Of a DNA stretch of 30,342 nucleotides, positions 27,030 to 30,342 are shown piece after piece. The notes under the pieces were generated by a model. The model made no database searches. It was given only the letters and a program-made list of their open reading frames with translations, and was not told the DNA's origin. Every line of letters begins with the position of its first letter. The first letter of the stretch is position 1. This DNA is from Bdellovibrionota bacterium. GTDB lineage: Bacteria > Bdellovibrionota > UBA1018 > UBA923. The position numbers and the translations under genes were made by a program. The stretch is from assembly GCA_040754655.1 (NCBI GenBank), contig JBFMCE010000050.1, positions 1 through 30,342 on the forward strand, given 5' to 3'.

Positions 27030-27767
27030 TTAAACAAGCGTGAGCTGTTCAGGGGCTTGCGAAGGATGGGTCTTACGGCACTCAAAAATCTCCCGCACCG
27101 GCGCAAAACTTCTGCGGTGTAAAACACAAGGACCATGCTCTCGTAAAGCCTTGTAATGGGCGGGGGTTGAATATCCCTTGTGCTCTTCAAATCCGTAGGC
27201 AGGAAAAGTCTCTGCCAGATCGCTCATCCACCGGTCACGGTAAACTTTGGCGACTACGCTGGCAGCTGCGATCGAGAGAGCTCGCTGATCTCCCTTCACC
27301 AGGGTTTCAACTTCAGTAAACCCTAAAGCTTCTTGTTCACCTTGAGGACATCGAAAACGCGTGTCAAACGGACTCTGATTGCCATCTACGAGCACGGCCT
27401 GAGCATGCCCCCGAAAAGGCCATAGAGCGCGTCTCATGGCGATCATCGCGGCGTGCAAAATATTCCAGCGATCGACTTCTTCAACCGTGCACCAGGCTAC
27501 TTGCACGTCGGCATGCTTCCAGACGAGTGCCGCCAGGCGCTCTCGTTCGAGCGGTTTCAATAATTTCGAATCATTGAGTCCAAGCCACCAGGGTTCAGTT
27601 TTTTGAGAATCTTCAAAAACAAACTCAGGCAATACAACGGCAGCAGTGACCACAGGGCCTGCCAGACAACCTCGCCCCACCTCGTCGACACCAACACACT
27701 TCCGCCCTGCAGAGTAGTGTTTGCGTTCAAAAGCGAGATCAGGCTGCGGTCTTGGCGTTTGGGCCAT
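27030..27767 (-). CDS. rnhB: Ribonuclease HII
   Basis: GVDEVGRGCLAGPV, DSK, VDGN, VKGD, SIAAASVVAKV, HKGY, HRRSF. Confidence 0.97.
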   Translation of the reverse strand: MAQTPRPQPDLAFERKHYSAGRKCVGVDEVGRGCLAGPVVTAAVVLPEFVFEDSQKTEPWWLGLNDSKLLKPLERERLAALVWKHADVQVAWCTVEEVDRWNILHAAMIAMRRALWPFRGHAQAVLVDGNQSPFDTRFRCPQGEQEALGFTEVETLVKGDQRALSIAAASVVAKVYRDRWMSDLAETFPAYGFEEHKGYSTPAHYKALREHGPCVLHRRSFAPVREIFECRKTHPSQAPEQLTLV

Positions 27768-27793
27768 TTAAAAAGAAAAGGATTTCCTTAAAC

Positions 27794-28156
27794 TTACTGA
27801 GTTTCGGATTCGCTGCGAATGCGCGCAGCTTTTCCTGAAAGGCCGCGCACGTAATAGATTTTTGCGCGACGAACGCGTCCCTTTTCTGCGACTTCAATCT
27901 TCGCAAGTTTTGGTGAAAATAGCGGAAAAACACGCTCAACGCCTACGCCATGCGAAATCTTGCGCACTGTAAAGGATCTGCGAGAACCCGTATTGTTAAA
28001 AGCAATCACGGCGCCTTCAAAAATTTGAACGCGCTCTTTGTCGCCTTCTTTGATTCGAACGTGCACGCGGACCGTGTCACCTGAAGAGAATGCAGGAAGA
28101 TCAGTTTTGATATACTTTTTTTCAACTAAGGCAACTTTTCCACTCGCCTGGCTCAT
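27794..28156 (-). CDS. rplS: 50S ribosomal protein L19
   Basis: [40 protein letters not shown]. Confidence 0.98.
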   Translation of the reverse strand: MSQASGKVALVEKKYIKTDLPAFSSGDTVRVHVRIKEGDKERVQIFEGAVIAFNNTGSRRSFTVRKISHGVGVERVFPLFSPKLAKIEVAEKGRVRRAKIYYVRGLSGKAARIRSESETQ

Positions 28157-28176
28157 GCGTTTGCTCCTTAAAAAAA

Positions 28177-28797
28177 TCAGTTTTCATGATCGCCAAAGAC
28201 CCTATCAAGCACTACGGCTGCCGCTGCTCGCACAGACAAGTGGTTATACTTGGCCTGGCTACTGCAACGCAAAGGCTTCAACGGGCGATCAACCCTATCA
28301 TAGAACTTGGGAGATATCCCCCAACCTGTTCCAAAAACAATCATCAATGGCCTGAGTCTTCCGTTTTCATCTCCGGGCAATTCCGCTTTCTGCAGCTTTT
28401 CCCGCAATTCACGATACGACCAGGCGCCCTCAAGGTCTTTCGCGTCGGGCATCACAACAAAGGGACGACCGACAGGTCCATTCCCCTCAAGCGAGGCCTC
28501 ATTAAAGGCTTCTTCAAAACTTCGCGTAAATCGAACAAGCTCTAGCGCTTGAGCACGCGAGGGGTGATGAATCCAAGAGACTTCGGTCTTCCAATGGTCA
28601 AGAATCATTCGAACCATGCGCTCTTGTTCAACCTCGGGATTCACAATAAAATACTTTGTGATTCCATAAGTTTTACAAGATCTCGCGATATCATGGATAT
28701 CTAGATTCGTCACAGCTGTCGTGACCTCTTTGCCCGCACGGTCAACCATTGGGCTATGCAAGAGAACCACGTAAATCAAACGGCTGTTTGGCATCAC
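28177..28797 (-). CDS. SPOUT-class RNA methyltransferase of the TrmD-associated type
   Basis: [32 protein letters not shown]. Confidence 0.88.
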   Translation of the reverse strand: MMPNSRLIYVVLLHSPMVDRAGKEVTTAVTNLDIHDIARSCKTYGITKYFIVNPEVEQERMVRMILDHWKTEVSWIHHPSRAQALELVRFTRSFEEAFNEASLEGNGPVGRPFVVMPDAKDLEGAWSYRELREKLQKAELPGDENGRLRPLMIVFGTGWGISPKFYDRVDRPLKPLRCSSQAKYNHLSVRAAAAVVLDRVFGDHEN

Positions 28798-28910
28798 AAG
28801 ACCACTGTTTTCCCAAAAACCTCTTTGTGCTTGGGGTTTTTGGTGTTTAACATAACCGTGCTGGCCATTCTAGTATTACTTTCACCAAAATGAGTCGTGC
28901 TTTTAAGGTT

Positions 28911-29690
28911 TTAATCTTTCTTCAGGTCAGGCCTGCGTAGCTGAGTTCGACTTTGGCTTTGAGCAAGCCGCCAGAGAGCGATCTCACGATGATTGCCCGA
29001 GAGTAAAACGTCGGGAACCTTCTTCCCCCTCCACTCGGCTGGGCGGGTGTACATAGGCGACTTTAGCCCCCCCGTCACCATCTCAGCTGAGGCTCCAAAA
29101 GTGTCTCCTTCAACACTTGCCTGCTCTCCCACAACTCCCGGGATAAAGCGGCTTACGGCATCAAGAACCACCGCCGCGGCAGGCTCTCCGCCGGTAAGCA
29201 CATAATCACCGATAGAGATCTCTTCGTGAACGAAAGATTCCAAGATGCGCTCATCCAGCCCTTCATAATGTCCACAAACCAAGACGACGTGTTCAAGAGT
29301 AGAAATCATTTTTGCATGGGAAGCAGTCAATTTTTGGCCTTGGGGGGAAAGATAAACGACATGTGGAAGAGATTTTAGCTCCGCTGACCTGCTCAGTTCC
29401 CGTGAGGGATTTGTTCGGTAGTGCTGAACCTCTTGTTCGAGGAGACTCACAGCCGAGGGTTCTTTAAGCAGGTGAAGGAAAGCCTTCTCAATCACCTCAG
29501 GCATCATCACCATGCCGACCCCACCACCATAGGGTTTGTCGTCTACGGCGCGATACCGGCCTTCCCCAAATTGACGGAGATCAACGAGATCCACGTGTAA
29601 CAAGCCGGCCTTACTCGCTCGCCCTAGAAGAGAGCAAGTCAACACCGACTGAAAATACTCGGGAAATAGCGTTAGAATTGAAAACTTCAC
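28911..29690 (-). CDS. trmD: tRNA (guanine37-N1)-methyltransferase
   Basis: TLFPE, DDKPYGGGVGM, LSPQG, CGHYEGLDER, SIGDYVLTGGE, YTRP, LLSGNH. Confidence 0.98.
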   Translation of the reverse strand: MKFSILTLFPEYFQSVLTCSLLGRASKAGLLHVDLVDLRQFGEGRYRAVDDKPYGGGVGMVMMPEVIEKAFLHLLKEPSAVSLLEQEVQHYRTNPSRELSRSAELKSLPHVVYLSPQGQKLTASHAKMISTLEHVVLVCGHYEGLDERILESFVHEEISIGDYVLTGGEPAAAVVLDAVSRFIPGVVGEQASVEGDTFGASAEMVTGGLKSPMYTRPAEWRGKKVPDVLLSGNHREIALWRLAQSQSRTQLRRPDLKKD

Positions 29691-29697
29691 ACAAAAC

Positions 29698-29940
29698 TTA
29701 CTCGATGATTTCGAGTACTGAGCGCTTCTTTAGCTTGGTGCTCGCACCATTCAAGATCGTACGAATGGCTCGAGCAGTACGGCCCTGTTTGCCAATTACT
29801 TTGCCCAAGTCTTCTTTGGCGACCTTAAGTTCAAGTACGGTGGTCTGCTCGCCTTCGATTTCAGTCACTTCAACTTGGTCAGGCACATCTACAAGCGCCT
29901 TTGCCATCAACACGACTAGATTCTTGAGTTCGCTCGCCAT
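29698..29940 (-). CDS. khpA: KH-domain RNA-binding protein
   Basis: [17 protein letters not shown]; located after rpsP. Confidence 0.93.
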   Translation of the reverse strand: MASELKNLVVLMAKALVDVPDQVEVTEIEGEQTTVLELKVAKEDLGKVIGKQGRTARAIRTILNGASTKLKKRSVLEIIE

Positions 29941-30004
29941 TTGAGCGCCTCCTTCACGCGATCAGCAGTTAGCCATCCACTTCAACAAGAACTACAATTT
30001 CGAC

Positions 30005-30256
30005 TTACTGTTTCAATTTTGCGGCGGCCTTCAAAAGATGTCCAACAGTTTCTGAAACTTGTGCACCTTTTTTGATCCAACCTTGAACGGCTTCATCATC
30101 GACTTTCAGCTGATCCTTGTCTGCAACTTTTGGATTGTAGACACCAAGACGAGCCAGATACTTCCCATCACGCGGACGGTTGTTGTCGGCTGCAACCACG
30201 TGAAAAATTGGCTTCTTTTTTGTACCTGCTCGGGCAAGACGAATTACTACTGACAT
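30005..30256 (-). CDS. rpsP: 30S ribosomal protein S16
   Basis: IRLARAG, RPRDG, LGVYNP, GAQVSETV. Confidence 0.97.
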   Translation of the reverse strand: MSVVIRLARAGTKKKPIFHVVAADNNRPRDGKYLARLGVYNPKVADKDQLKVDDEAVQGWIKKGAQVSETVGHLLKAAAKLKQ

Positions 30257-30342
30257 GTTTTTTAAGTCCTTTTTTAAATTCGCGTTTTTAAAACTCTTTT
30301 GTAAACCAGGCGTTCAATCTCTCTTACAGACATTTCGATGTC

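Noticed and set aside
28813..28843. Inverted repeat CCAAAAACC/GGTTTTTGG between trmD and the SPOUT gene
   Set aside because: Low-complexity stem with a long loop and no convincing U-tract; cannot be called a terminator.

Overview
Bacterial chromosomal window. The gene order and protein styles suggest a deltaproteobacteria-like, probably Bdellovibrionota-type organism (inference). A minus-strand housekeeping backbone contains rpsP-khpA-trmD-SPOUT methyltransferase-rplS-rnhB-yraN (no rimM), rsmI, and a long cluster of HD-GYP PDE, cNMP PDE, accD, lptD, SIS protein, surE, M23 lipoprotein and apt. It also has a cobalamin-riboswitch-controlled TonB-dependent receptor plus beta-propeller lipoprotein, and tRNA-Arg(CCT). 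Downstream of the tRNA lies an AT-richer accessory patch: a probable ISL3 remnant and a toxin-like/HTH/SLT transglycosylase operon with a perfect 20-bp operator palindrome. Four large plus-strand accessory genes are interspersed: an S9 peptidase, an SF2 helicase with C-terminal repeats, and two tandem coiled-coil paralogues. All four carry an export-type hydrophobic N-terminus followed shortly by a Cys; three have CxxxL[LV], and two unrelated ones share KCxxxLLSP[RK]D. This is the best candidate for an undescribed targeting signal. Other highlights are a riboswitch that appears to act through a 26-codon leader ORF and a GGA-rich, alternatively folding RNA upstream of the cyclic-nucleotide phosphodiesterase genes.
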